A DNA stretch of 63,391 bases, the filler included. It is 13 parts of 13 records of this genome, joined end to end, with 100 filler letters (N's around TTAATTAATTAA, not from the genome) between each part and the next. Parts side by side here need not be neighbours in the genome. Positions count along the whole stretch, not along the records: positions 40,345 to 45,142 come from SRR20825014_124; positions 45,243 to 47,279 come from SRR20825014_130; positions 47,380 to 50,963 come from SRR20825014_138; 10 more parts are not named here. The stretch is one strand, 5' to 3'. The first letter of the stretch is position 1; the number at the start of each line of letters is the position of its first letter. Below, piece after piece: positions 42,167 through 51,063 of the stretch. The notes below the pieces were generated by a model. It did no database searches, had not been told where the DNA came from, and saw only the letters and a program-made list of their open reading frames with translations. Both the position numbers and the translations under genes were made by a program.

Positions 42167-42828
42167 AGGCGTTCCTCGCGCTGGTCCGGCGCGACCTTTC
42201 CCTGGCCCTTCGTCAGGGCAGCGATGCTGCCATGGTGCTGGTGTTTTTTGTCATCGTAGTCACCCTGTTCCCGCTGGCCGTCGGCCCGGAGCCGGGTGTG
42301 CTGGAGCGGATTTCCTCCGGCATCGTCTGGGTGGCGGCACTGCTTGCGGCCATGCTCTCCCTCGACCGGATGTTTCAGGCGGATTATGACGATGGCTCGC
42401 TTGAGTTGATGCTGCTGACACCGGTGCCGCTGGAGGTGCTGGTGCTGGCAAAGTGTCTCGCTCACTGGCTGACCACGGGGCTGCCGATGCTGCTGATCGC
42501 ACCGTTGCTTGGGGTTTTCATGAATATGCAGACGGAAGCCTTTCCGGTGCTGCTGGCGAGCATGGCGCTGGGTACGCCGGTGTTGAGCTTGCTTGGCGGA
42601 GTTGGCGCGGCGCTCGTGCTTGGCGCCCGGCGGGCGGGAACTCTGGTCGCCCTGCTGGTGCTGCCCCTGACTATCCCATTGCTGATTTTCGGCGTGTCGG
42701 CGGTGGAGGCCGCGGTTACCGGGCAGTCGGCCAAGGCGCAGCTTTTGATCCTCGGGGCCATGCTGCTGGCCTGCCTGCCGTTGGCGCCCTGGGCGACGGC
42801 GGCGGCTCTCAGGCAGGCGGCCGGTTGA
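42163..42828 (+). CDS. ccmB: Heme exporter membrane protein
   Basis: FQADYDDGSLE, KCLAHW, LPLTIPLLIFG. Confidence 0.95.
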   Translation: MKAFLALVRRDLSLALRQGSDAAMVLVFFVIVVTLFPLAVGPEPGVLERISSGIVWVAALLAAMLSLDRMFQADYDDGSLELMLLTPVPLEVLVLAKCLAHWLTTGLPMLLIAPLLGVFMNMQTEAFPVLLASMALGTPVLSLLGGVGAALVLGARRAGTLVALLVLPLTIPLLIFGVSAVEAAVTGQSAKAQLLILGAMLLACLPLAPWATAAALRQAAG

Positions 42829-42937
42829 TGTTTCGCGCCGGTTGGTGTTCAAACAGATCTGCGGCCGGAAAGAGACGGGGCCGGACCCCGCACCCGGACC
42901 GCTCCATGCCGATATGGTTTATGGAGGATATGCTCGG

Positions 42938-43663
42938 ATGAACTGGTTCCACTGGCTTGCCAATCCGGCGCGCTTCATGCGTCTTGCCGCCCGGCTGCAG
43001 CCCTGGATCATGGCGCTCGGTCTGTTGACCGGAGCGGCCGGTCTCTATTTCGCGCTGTTCGCCTCTCCGGCGGATTATCAGCAGGGCGAGACCGTGCGGA
43101 TCATGTATGTGCATGTGCCGGCGGCCTGGATGGCGATGTTCATTTATGTGGTGATGGCCGCCGCCGCCGCGAGTTTCCTGATCTGGAAGCATCCGCTGGC
43201 CGACGTCGCTGCCCAGGCGGCCGCCCCGATCGGGGCGGGCTTTACCCTGATGGCGCTGGTCACCGGCTCTCTCTGGGGCCAGCCGATGTGGGGCACCTGG
43301 TGGGTCTGGGATGCCCGGCTGACCTCCGTGCTGATCCTGTTCTTCCTCTATCTCGGCTATATCGCTCTGGTGAATGCCTTCGACGATCCGGAGCGTGGCT
43401 CCAGGGCGGGCGCTGTCCTGCTGCTGGTCGGAGTGGTGAATATCCCGATTATCAAGTTCTCGGTCGACTGGTGGAACACGCTGCACCAGCCGGCCAGCGT
43501 GGCGCGGATGGACGGGCCGTCTGTCGATCCGTCGATGTTGCTGCCGCTGTTGCTGATGGCAGGCGCTTTCAAGCTGTATTTTCTGTATCTTCTGATCGTG
43601 CGCATGCGCGGCGAGTTGACGGCCCGGCGCATTCGGTTGTTGCGCCTGTCCGACATTTCCTGA
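42938..43663 (+). CDS. ccmC: Heme exporter protein C
   Basis: YVHVP, WGQPMWGTWWVWDARL, WWNTLHQ. Confidence 0.96.
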   Translation: MNWFHWLANPARFMRLAARLQPWIMALGLLTGAAGLYFALFASPADYQQGETVRIMYVHVPAAWMAMFIYVVMAAAAASFLIWKHPLADVAAQAAAPIGAGFTLMALVTGSLWGQPMWGTWWVWDARLTSVLILFFLYLGYIALVNAFDDPERGSRAGAVLLLVGVVNIPIIKFSVDWWNTLHQPASVARMDGPSVDPSMLLPLLLMAGAFKLYFLYLLIVRMRGELTARRIRLLRLSDIS

Positions 43664-43795
43664 CGTGGTTGCGGGGCTGTCACTGTTGTGACCAGCCCGC
43701 GACGCCACGTCGCTTTGACCGGCCTTGGAATTACTCTAAATTCCCGGTGTCGATGAACGGTTTCCCGGAGCAGGGTCATTCTGGAGTTTCTCGAA

Positions 43796-43987
43796 ATGGG
43801 CGGATACGCGGCCTTCATCTGGCCGTCCTACGGAATTGTCGCTCTGGTGCTCGGTGTGATGCTGGTCTCCTCCATCGCCGGGATGCGGGCGCGTGAGCGT
43901 GAGTTGACCGCCCTGGAAGAGCGGATGGGGCCTCGCCGGCAGCGCCGCCGGCAGGAAGACCGGGAGGATGCCCGACATGACGCCTAA
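43796..43987 (+). CDS. ccmD: Heme exporter protein D
   Basis: MGGYAAFIWPSYG, single TM, basic tail; between ccmC and ccmE. Confidence 0.88.
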   Translation: MGGYAAFIWPSYGIVALVLGVMLVSSIAGMRARERELTALEERMGPRRQRRRQEDREDARHDA

Positions 43988-44423
43988 AAGACGCCGCCTT
44001 TCCATCGTCCTGATCGGCCTCACCATGCTTGGTGCGGCGGCAGCCCTCGTGCTGACCGCGTTCGAGGATAATCTCGTTTTCTTCTTCAGTCCGACGGATC
44101 TTGCCGAAAAGGATGTCGGGCCGGACCGGCGCATCCGGATCGGCGGCATGGTCGAGGATGGCAGTTGGCAGAAATACGAGGACGGCCTGCGCTCCGAGTT
44201 CGTCGTCACCGATTTCCAGAACGCGGTGAAAGTCGTCTATCGCGGCTCGCTGCCGGACCTGTTCCGTGAAGGGCAGGGCGTGGTGGCGGAGGGCAAGTTC
44301 AGCGGCGGCGTCTTCACGGCAAGCGAAGTGCTGGCCAAGCATGATGAAAATTACATGCCGCGCGAGGTGGCCGATGCCCTGAAGAAATCCGGCCGCTGGA
44401 AAGAAGGGGAGGAGACGCAATGA
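43968..44423 (+). CDS. ccmE: Heme chaperone
   Basis: LPDLFREGQG, LAKHDENY; start may be 43977. Confidence 0.95.
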   Translation: MPDMTPKRRRLSIVLIGLTMLGAAAALVLTAFEDNLVFFFSPTDLAEKDVGPDRRIRIGGMVEDGSWQKYEDGLRSEFVVTDFQNAVKVVYRGSLPDLFREGQGVVAEGKFSGGVFTASEVLAKHDENYMPREVADALKKSGRWKEGEETQ

Positions 44424-45142
44424 TCGCGGAGATCGGCCATTACGCCCTTGTGCTCGCTTTCTTCGTCGCGGTCGCGCAGGTCATCGTGCCGCTTTACGGT
44501 GCGGCCAGACGCGACGCTGCCCTGATGGGCTTTGCCGGCCCGGCAGCTTCCGCCCAGTTCCTCTGCATCACGATCGCCTTCGGCGCGCTGATGCATGCCT
44601 ACATCACCTCGGATTTCTCGGTAGCCAACGTGGCCGCGAACTCCCACAGCCTGAAGCCTTTGCTCTACAAGATCTCCGGCGTCTGGGGAAACCATGAAGG
44701 CTCCATGGTCTTCTGGGTGCTGATCCTGGCTTTGTTCGGCTTCGCCGTGGCCGCTTTCGGCAGACAGTTGCCGGACACGCTGAAAGCGCGCGTGATCTCC
44801 ATACAAGGCATGATCGGGCTCGCCTTTCTCGGCTTCATCCTGCTCACCTCGAACCCGTTCGAGCGCCTGAACCCGGCGCCGCTCGACGGCAACGATCTGA
44901 ATCCGCTGCTGCAGGATCCTGGTCTCGCCTTCCATCCACCGATGCTCTATGTCGGCTATGTCGGCTTCTCGCTGGCCTTTTCCTTCGCCATGGCGGCCCT
45001 GATCGAGGGCCGGGTCGATCCGGCCTGGGCCCGCTGGGTCCGGCCCTGGACACTCGCCGCCTGGACCTGCCTGACAGCCGGTATCACGCTCGGCAGCTGG
45101 TGGGCTTATTACGAGCTTGGCTGGGGTGGCTGGTGGTTCTGG
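44420..45142 (+). CDS. ccmF: Cytochrome c heme lyase, 3'-truncated
   Basis: WGNHEGS, HPPMLYVGY, GSWWAYYELGWGGWWFW. Confidence 0.96.
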
Positions 45143-45280
45143 NNNNNNNNNNNNNNNNNNNNNNNNNNNNNNNNNNNNNNNNNNNNTTAATTAATTAANN
45201 NNNNNNNNNNNNNNNNNNNNNNNNNNNNNNNNNNNNNNNNNNACCAACCTCGCCGCGTCGCTGTTTTCGGGCTCCTGATT

Positions 45281-46102
45281 TCATAGCTTGTCGAGGACAT
45301 TTCGCCAGAGCGTGAGCGGCTTACACCCCATGTAGCCCGAGTCCTGGCCATCGTTACACTCGATCACGATCCAATCCCCATCGATCGTTTGCGCCAGATC
45401 GATGGTCAGGAACGTGACGCCGATACGGCGCGCGACCTCCTGACCGAGCGCGACCGCGGCGCCACGCTCCGCGACGTTCGGTGCATAGTCGCTGTTCACC
45501 CAGTAGGGTCCGATCTCGACGCACGCGTCCTCCCACCAGAAGGATCGAAACTCGAACACGTGAGGCAGCCCCGCGCCATGATCTCTGGCCACAGGTCGCA
45601 GCGGAATGTAGTCGCGCGCGACGACACGCTGCCAGTGGAGGATCGGATCTCTGGACCACCGCGCCAGGACTTGCCGCATCTGCTCGGGCGTCTCGATGAT
45701 CGCCATGCTCCGATCGTGCTTGCTCGTCTGACGCTCCCCCTTGAGGAAGATGGGATAGTCGAGCACTGACTCGATCGCTTCGGCCTCGGGCTGCTCTTCA
45801 AACCACACGCTGCGAGGGGTGAGATCCTCGATAAGCGGATACCACTCGGGGAGAAGGCTCGTGCGGTCGTACTCCTCGGGCGAGTGCACGAGCGTGATGT
45901 CGAACTGCTCGAGCATCGAGAAGCGCTCGGCGTAATCGGGCGCTGCGCCCATCCTGGCCACGGCGCACACAGGTCCGTCAAGCCACGCGGGGTGCTCGCA
46001 TCTCAGGAAGGTCTCGAAGTCGAAGTCATAGCGGGAAAACCCGGTCTTCTCTTCGACGAGCCAGAGCTTTTGTTCGATATGTTTGAGGGAGGGGGCTTTC
46101 AT
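45281..46102 (-). CDS. ATP-grasp domain protein (R2K/DUF4343-like)
   Basis: PIFLK, EFRSF, TIDLA, VIECNDGQDSG. Confidence 0.75.
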   Translation of the reverse strand: MKAPSLKHIEQKLWLVEEKTGFSRYDFDFETFLRCEHPAWLDGPVCAVARMGAAPDYAERFSMLEQFDITLVHSPEEYDRTSLLPEWYPLIEDLTPRSVWFEEQPEAEAIESVLDYPIFLKGERQTSKHDRSMAIIETPEQMRQVLARWSRDPILHWQRVVARDYIPLRPVARDHGAGLPHVFEFRSFWWEDACVEIGPYWVNSDYAPNVAERGAAVALGQEVARRIGVTFLTIDLAQTIDGDWIVIECNDGQDSGYMGCKPLTLWRNVLDKL

Positions 46103-46155
46103 GATGTGCTCCAGGTTTGGGTTAGCAGAACCTGGAGCACATCAAACTTCATTCC

Positions 46156-46602
46156 TCAGCTCGCCTTGCTGCGATTGTCGAAGAAGGAGAAGAGGAACAT
46201 GCCCACGAGCATGGCCGCCACGAAGATCAGGACCTGAGGGGCGAGCGTGGCGAGCGAGGTCAACGCGGGACCGGGGCAGAAACCGCCGAGCCCCCAACCG
46301 GCGCCAAACAACATCGCGCCGATGATCAAGCGCCCGTCAATGTCCTTGCGCGTTGGCAGGGAGAACTTGTCGGAGAAGACTGGCGTGTCGCGTTTGGTGA
46401 TGAGCTTGAAGCCGATGCCATAAACGATCACCGCGCCGCCCATCACGAACGCCAGCGCGGGGTCCCACTTTCCGCCGCTGACATCGAGGAATCCGATCAC
46501 CTTCTCGGGCAAGGTCATCCCAGAGATTCCCAGACCGATGGCGAAGACGAAACCGGAGAGAAGTGCTGCGAGCGCAGACTTTGTGGTGCTCGGGCCAATC
46601 AT
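46156..46602 (-). CDS. YeeE/YedE-family sulfur transporter half (DUF6691-like)
   Basis: GLGISGM, WDPALAFVM, GWGLGGFCPGP. Confidence 0.88.
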   Translation of the reverse strand: MIGPSTTKSALAALLSGFVFAIGLGISGMTLPEKVIGFLDVSGGKWDPALAFVMGGAVIVYGIGFKLITKRDTPVFSDKFSLPTRKDIDGRLIIGAMLFGAGWGLGGFCPGPALTSLATLAPQVLIFVAAMLVGMFLFSFFDNRSKAS

Positions 46603-47042
46603 ATGGAACCTCCCATCAAGTGCGTGATCGCAGCCACGACGAGGCCACCGATCAACATAAAGGTCCCCGTCGCCACGAAGGAACGTGGCGAGAAGCGGCT
46701 CATGCCGCAGACGCCGTGTCCGCTAGTGCACCCCGAGCCCATGCGCGTACCCACGCCGACGAGCAAGCCCGCGACGACGAGCGCGCCGTTGGAGCGCGTG
46801 AAGCCAGCTTCGGTGGGAAACGCCTGTGGGAACGCGAACAAGAGCACGACGCCGCCAAGGATCATCCCCACGACGAAGAGCATACGCCAGAGCGTGTCTC
46901 CCTGGGGTTTTAAGAGCATGGTTCCAGTGATGCCGCTAATTCCGGCGATGCGGCCGTTAAAAAACAGCAGCATCAATGATGCGATCCCGATAAGTACGCC
47001 GCCAATGCCTGCGTATAACCAGGAGGTCGGTTCGATGATCAT
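46599..47042 (-). CDS. YeeE/YedE-family sulfur transporter half
   Basis: GRIAGISG, GSGCTSGHGVCG. Confidence 0.9.
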   Translation of the reverse strand: MIIEPTSWLYAGIGGVLIGIASLMLLFFNGRIAGISGITGTMLLKPQGDTLWRMLFVVGMILGGVVLLFAFPQAFPTEAGFTRSNGALVVAGLLVGVGTRMGSGCTSGHGVCGMSRFSPRSFVATGTFMLIGGLVVAAITHLMGGSI

Positions 47043-47115
47043 GAGATGATCCTCCTTGTTTCTATGTTCTGCGTGCGATGTCGCGAAACAATCACCGCCG
47101 CACCCCCCTTAAATT

Positions 47116-47131
47116 AGCAAGGAGGGTGCCA
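47116..47131 (-). promoter_or_regulatory. Sigma-54 promoter
   Basis: Minus strand TGGCAC-CCTCC-TTGCT, exact -24/-12 consensus. Confidence 0.8.
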
Positions 47132-47379
47132 GGTTTCGAATTTCTTCACCGTGTGACAATAAGGAAGTCCTCCGCGAAGGAATGCGACACTTCGAAACGC
47201 CCCGATCCGCCAAAATAAGAGCTCTTTTGCCAGGAATCGATGTCACGAGAACAAAAGCGGGCGATGGCGAGGTCTCGTGNNNNNNNNNNNNNNNNNNNNN
47301 NNNNNNNNNNNNNNNNNNNNNNNTTAATTAATTAANNNNNNNNNNNNNNNNNNNNNNNNNNNNNNNNNNNNNNNNNNNN

Positions 47380-48144
47380 GTTAAAGCCCGACGCATTGAT
47401 ATAGCCGGTCTTGATGCCGTCCGTACCGTAATAGGACGCCAGAAGATTGTTATGGTTGCCATAGGTGCGCTTGCCATAGCTGAACTTCTGGGTGCTGAAA
47501 TAATGGTAGTAGTTGCCGTAATCCTTGCGCAACGAAACCGCAAGCCGGATCATATCGCGGGCTGTGGTCAACTGGCCACGGTTCGGAAGGCCTGATGCAT
47601 TGCGAAAGGTGGTGTTCTTCATGCCGATCTGGCGCGCTTTCGCGGTCATCATCTGCGCGAATTTCACCTCGGTTCCGCCAAGATGCTCGGCGACCACAAC
47701 GGCAATGTCGTTTGCCGATTTCGTAACGAGTGCCAGAATGGCATCCTCGACCGAAATCTTTTCGCCAGGCTGAAGGCCTAATTTCGAAGGGGCCTGTCCC
47801 CAGGCGCGTTTGGAAACTTCCATGCGTGTCGAAAGCGATACCTTACCGGAATCCAGCGCATCAAACAGCATGTAAAGCGTCATGATCTTGGTCAGTGACG
47901 CAGGGTAAACTTTGTGGTCGGCGCGATATTCATGAAGGACATCGCCGGTTTCGGCGTCGATAACCATCGCTGTATAGGTGCGTGCCATTGCTGCCGGTGT
48001 TGTGAATACAACAGCAGCGATGATCAGCAGCATCACGGACAGGACGCAGTAAATCCTGCGACCCTGCGATTGCCACATCGGTCGACTTTGATCAGTACTA
48101 ACGGTGGCCATCGCTTTTGGCCCAAGACGGGTCTTAAAACGCAT
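47380..48144 (-). CDS. D-alanyl-D-alanine carboxypeptidase (S11), 3'-truncated; start uncertain
   Basis: PASLTKIM, KSAND, GIKTGY. Confidence 0.92.
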
Positions 48145-48319
48145 TTGACGGGCTCGGCTTTACGGTGATCCCCAAGACGAAATATGGTCAGTGTCTCATC
48201 GCGGCATTAAAAAAATGCTTAACGCTTGTTCAGATAATCTGAGTTGCCGCCTTGTTGCGGTCTCATTTTTTCGTCAGACTCAATTTATATCCGCCAGAAG
48301 GTTAAAAATCGAGGATCGA

Positions 48320-49069
48320 ATGCGTAAAAAAATAATGTCTGTTGTCAGTAACATAAGAACAAAATCATCAATTTTAAGTAGTGGCGCGCTGTGTGCCGCA
48401 GGTTTGATGGCGCTTTCTGCATGCAGTTTTACCGGTACAAGCGATATCGAAAATCCGCTGGTGCGCAAGGGTAGCTGGTTCTCGTTTATCAATGCGGATG
48501 ACATTCGAACCGCATGTTCTGCCGGGGATGCAGAAGGACGGATTCGCATCGTCTATAATGCTGATTATTATAAAGAAACGCGCAGCTACGACCTTATTCC
48601 CAGGAACGGTGCGGAGCAGTTTGAGATGGTGTCGCGGATATTTGGTCCGCTTGACGTAAGCGAGGTCAATGTCGAGGTCACAGCCCCCCTTGGTGCTTTC
48701 GGCGGGACGGAATCGCGGGAAAACCTGTCGCGCGGACAATATCTTGCACTGACCGATGCGCTTCAGGCCGATGGTTTCGGATATCAAAGCCGCGACGGAT
48801 TGCGCCTGCATTCTGACGATTATTACTGGGTTGCGATTGGCTGCTCATCGCAAAGCATCACGCTTGCTGCTTGGGCATCTACCAAGGATGATCTGCGCGC
48901 TTTGACTTTCCCGAATGTGCTCGAAAACCTGTCAGGTTTGGAAAAAACACTTCCTCAGCCGCCGGCTTTCGGTGCGCCAAAGCAGCCTGATCCGTTTTTC
49001 AGCAAGAATGACAAGAAAGCCGAGTCTCGCCATTTCTATCGCACCGTGCGCGGAAATCAGCTGAAATAA
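48320..49069 (+). CDS. Hypothetical lipoprotein
   Basis: GAGGA before ATG 48320; LSACS lipobox; followed by a terminator. Confidence 0.7.
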   Translation: MRKKIMSVVSNIRTKSSILSSGALCAAGLMALSACSFTGTSDIENPLVRKGSWFSFINADDIRTACSAGDAEGRIRIVYNADYYKETRSYDLIPRNGAEQFEMVSRIFGPLDVSEVNVEVTAPLGAFGGTESRENLSRGQYLALTDALQADGFGYQSRDGLRLHSDDYYWVAIGCSSQSITLAAWASTKDDLRALTFPNVLENLSGLEKTLPQPPAFGAPKQPDPFFSKNDKKAESRHFYRTVRGNQLK

Positions 49070-49096
49070 GCTGATCCGTTTCAGGAATCTTCGATG

Positions 49097-49134
49097 AAAA
49101 TGGCACGGCATAACCCGTGCCATTTTTGTTTTTT
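49097..49134 (+). terminator. Intrinsic terminator
   Basis: AAAATGGCACGG-cataac-CCGTGCCATTTT then T tract. Confidence 0.85.
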
Positions 49135-49315
49135 TAGCATCCTGAATATCAGGATTAACGTAATTTCCCGCCTAAGCGGTTGAACGTATGCCGGTTTTTT
49201 ACAATCGGTTTCCGGGACTCAAGATAATCCGTTCTCCCAGACGTGCTTGACCCATTCACGACTTTTAAAATGTCACCAAAGCAATCTTGACGGCACACCG
49301 CTATTCCATCTAGGG

Positions 49316-49336
49316 TTATGTTGCGATGCAGCATAA
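49316..49336. promoter_or_regulatory. PhaR-type operator
   Basis: TTATGTTGC-GAT-GCAGCATAA near-palindrome (TGC-N3-GCA core) upstream of the phasin. Confidence 0.6.
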
Positions 49337-49373
49337 TTTCTGAATGCCAAGCCCAATTCAAGGAGGTCGGCAC

Positions 49374-50582
49374 ATGGTGACTCCTCGCAAAAAATCTGCG
49401 CCCGCTTCAACAAATGCTAATCCGGCAAAGGTCTCTTCTCGCCCAAAGGCGGTGACTCAAAAAACAGCTTCTGATGGCGGTAAAAAGTCGGCTGCTTCCC
49501 CGGCAAAGGCCGCGACAGCTGAAATTTCCGAGGCTGCAACAGAGCGGCCGAAGCGTGTCGTCACAACCGCAAGCGCGCTTGAAGCAGAGGCATTGCGTCA
49601 TCCTCCTGCGGAGCTATCAAAACCGGATGCTGTAGTACCGGAGGCGAAGAAAGAACCTGTTGCCGCTAAAGGGGCTGAGGCTCCGGCCAAGGCTGATGAC
49701 CCGGTAAAAGCAGAAGCAGCGGAAAGCAAACCTGCGCCCGAACAAGCCAGAGAGAAGACAACGGCAGGCCCCAAACCGGCAAGCCGTCCGAAGGCGGCAA
49801 CCACATCGAAAAAGAATACGGTTATGCCTGCCTCCAAAGCCGTCAGCGAACCCAAAGTTTCGGTTTCCAGCGATAAGGCATCTGGTGCGATTTCCGAAAC
49901 GCCTCCCCCAGCAAAGAAGGCTTCCATCGTGACAGAGCAAGAGAAAGCGGCAGCTCCGGCCAAAGTGACAGCGGCAGCGAAGGCCGAGACGAAAGCTAAA
50001 GACACCCAAAAAACTGATGTCGAGGTTAAGGTTGCAGCCCAGCCGACGGCCGCCGGTGATGTGGCTGCGTTTGGTGCGGTAAGCCTTGAACCGTTCACAG
50101 AGCTTTGGAAAGCACCGGAAGTCGATACCATGGTTGCAGCAACCCAGAATGCTCTCGAAGGAAGTCTAACGGCGGTCAATGATGTTCTTGCTCAGGTGAC
50201 AGAAAAGATTACCGAGCAGGCTGACATATTCTCCGATGCTGGAACGCAAATGATGGCCAGATACGAAGAACTGATCGAAACGCAGCAAAAAAGTTTCGAA
50301 GGCGTATGGCAGGTTTCATCTGAACTGATGGAAAAAAGCGGTTCCTTCGGTGCTGAGCTGGCATCCTGGGCGCAGCGGGAAGTTGATGCATCCCAAGCTG
50401 ATTTCGAGGCGCTTTCAAAGGTCGAAAGCCTTTCTGAACTGCAGGAACTGAACGAGCGTATACTGAAGCGCTATGTCGAGTCCGGCATGTCCGAAGGCGA
50501 AAAAATTCAGAAAATGATGTTCGCTGCTTTCACGGACGGATTTGCTGCAATGTCCAAGGCTGCTGGTGTTCCGCTCAAGTAA
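49374..50582 (+). CDS. Phasin-family protein with long Ala/Lys/Pro-rich N-terminal extension
   Basis: AGGAGG RBS; C-terminal amphipathic helical region (ALSKVESLSELQELN); located between the carboxypeptidase and clpS. Confidence 0.7.
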   Translation: MVTPRKKSAPASTNANPAKVSSRPKAVTQKTASDGGKKSAASPAKAATAEISEAATERPKRVVTTASALEAEALRHPPAELSKPDAVVPEAKKEPVAAKGAEAPAKADDPVKAEAAESKPAPEQAREKTTAGPKPASRPKAATTSKKNTVMPASKAVSEPKVSVSSDKASGAISETPPPAKKASIVTEQEKAAAPAKVTAAAKAETKAKDTQKTDVEVKVAAQPTAAGDVAAFGAVSLEPFTELWKAPEVDTMVAATQNALEGSLTAVNDVLAQVTEKITEQADIFSDAGTQMMARYEELIETQQKSFEGVWQVSSELMEKSGSFGAELASWAQREVDASQADFEALSKVESLSELQELNERILKRYVESGMSEGEKIQKMMFAAFTDGFAAMSKAAGVPLK

Positions 50583-50625
50583 GCAACCCGACGCACTTAG
50601 GATTTTGCCGTAATGAATGTATCGG

Positions 50626-50666
50626 GACGGACATGGCTGGCAGCCATGTCCGTTTTTATTTTTTTT
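50626..50666 (+). terminator. Intrinsic terminator
   Basis: GACGGACATGGCT-ggc-AGCCATGTCCGTT then T tract. Confidence 0.85.
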
Positions 50667-50843
50667 ACCGATATTTACGGCAAAGATGACGAAGTTTGGT
50701 CAATGATCTTGCAGCACGGCATTCTCGGCCTACATGAATTTGGGATGAGGTTAGAAACGTTTTGTCGCTGCGGACTTTGAAACAGATGTTCAATGACCTA
50801 TCATGGAGACAATGCAGAACAAAAGGGTTCCGGTAAGCAGATT

Positions 50844-50963
50844 ATGAGTGATCAGGACAATGACGGTGGTGGTCTCCCGAATACGGGGATCGTAACGAAG
50901 ACACGGCCAAAGACGAAGAAGCCGTCCATGTACAAGGTGTTGTTGCTAAATGACGACTACACC
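50844..50963 (+). CDS. clpS: Clp protease adaptor, 3'-truncated
   Basis: [16 protein letters not shown]. Confidence 0.93.
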
Positions 50964-51063
50964 NNNNNNNNNNNNNNNNNNNNNNNNNNNNNNNNNNNNN
51001 NNNNNNNTTAATTAATTAANNNNNNNNNNNNNNNNNNNNNNNNNNNNNNNNNNNNNNNNNNNN

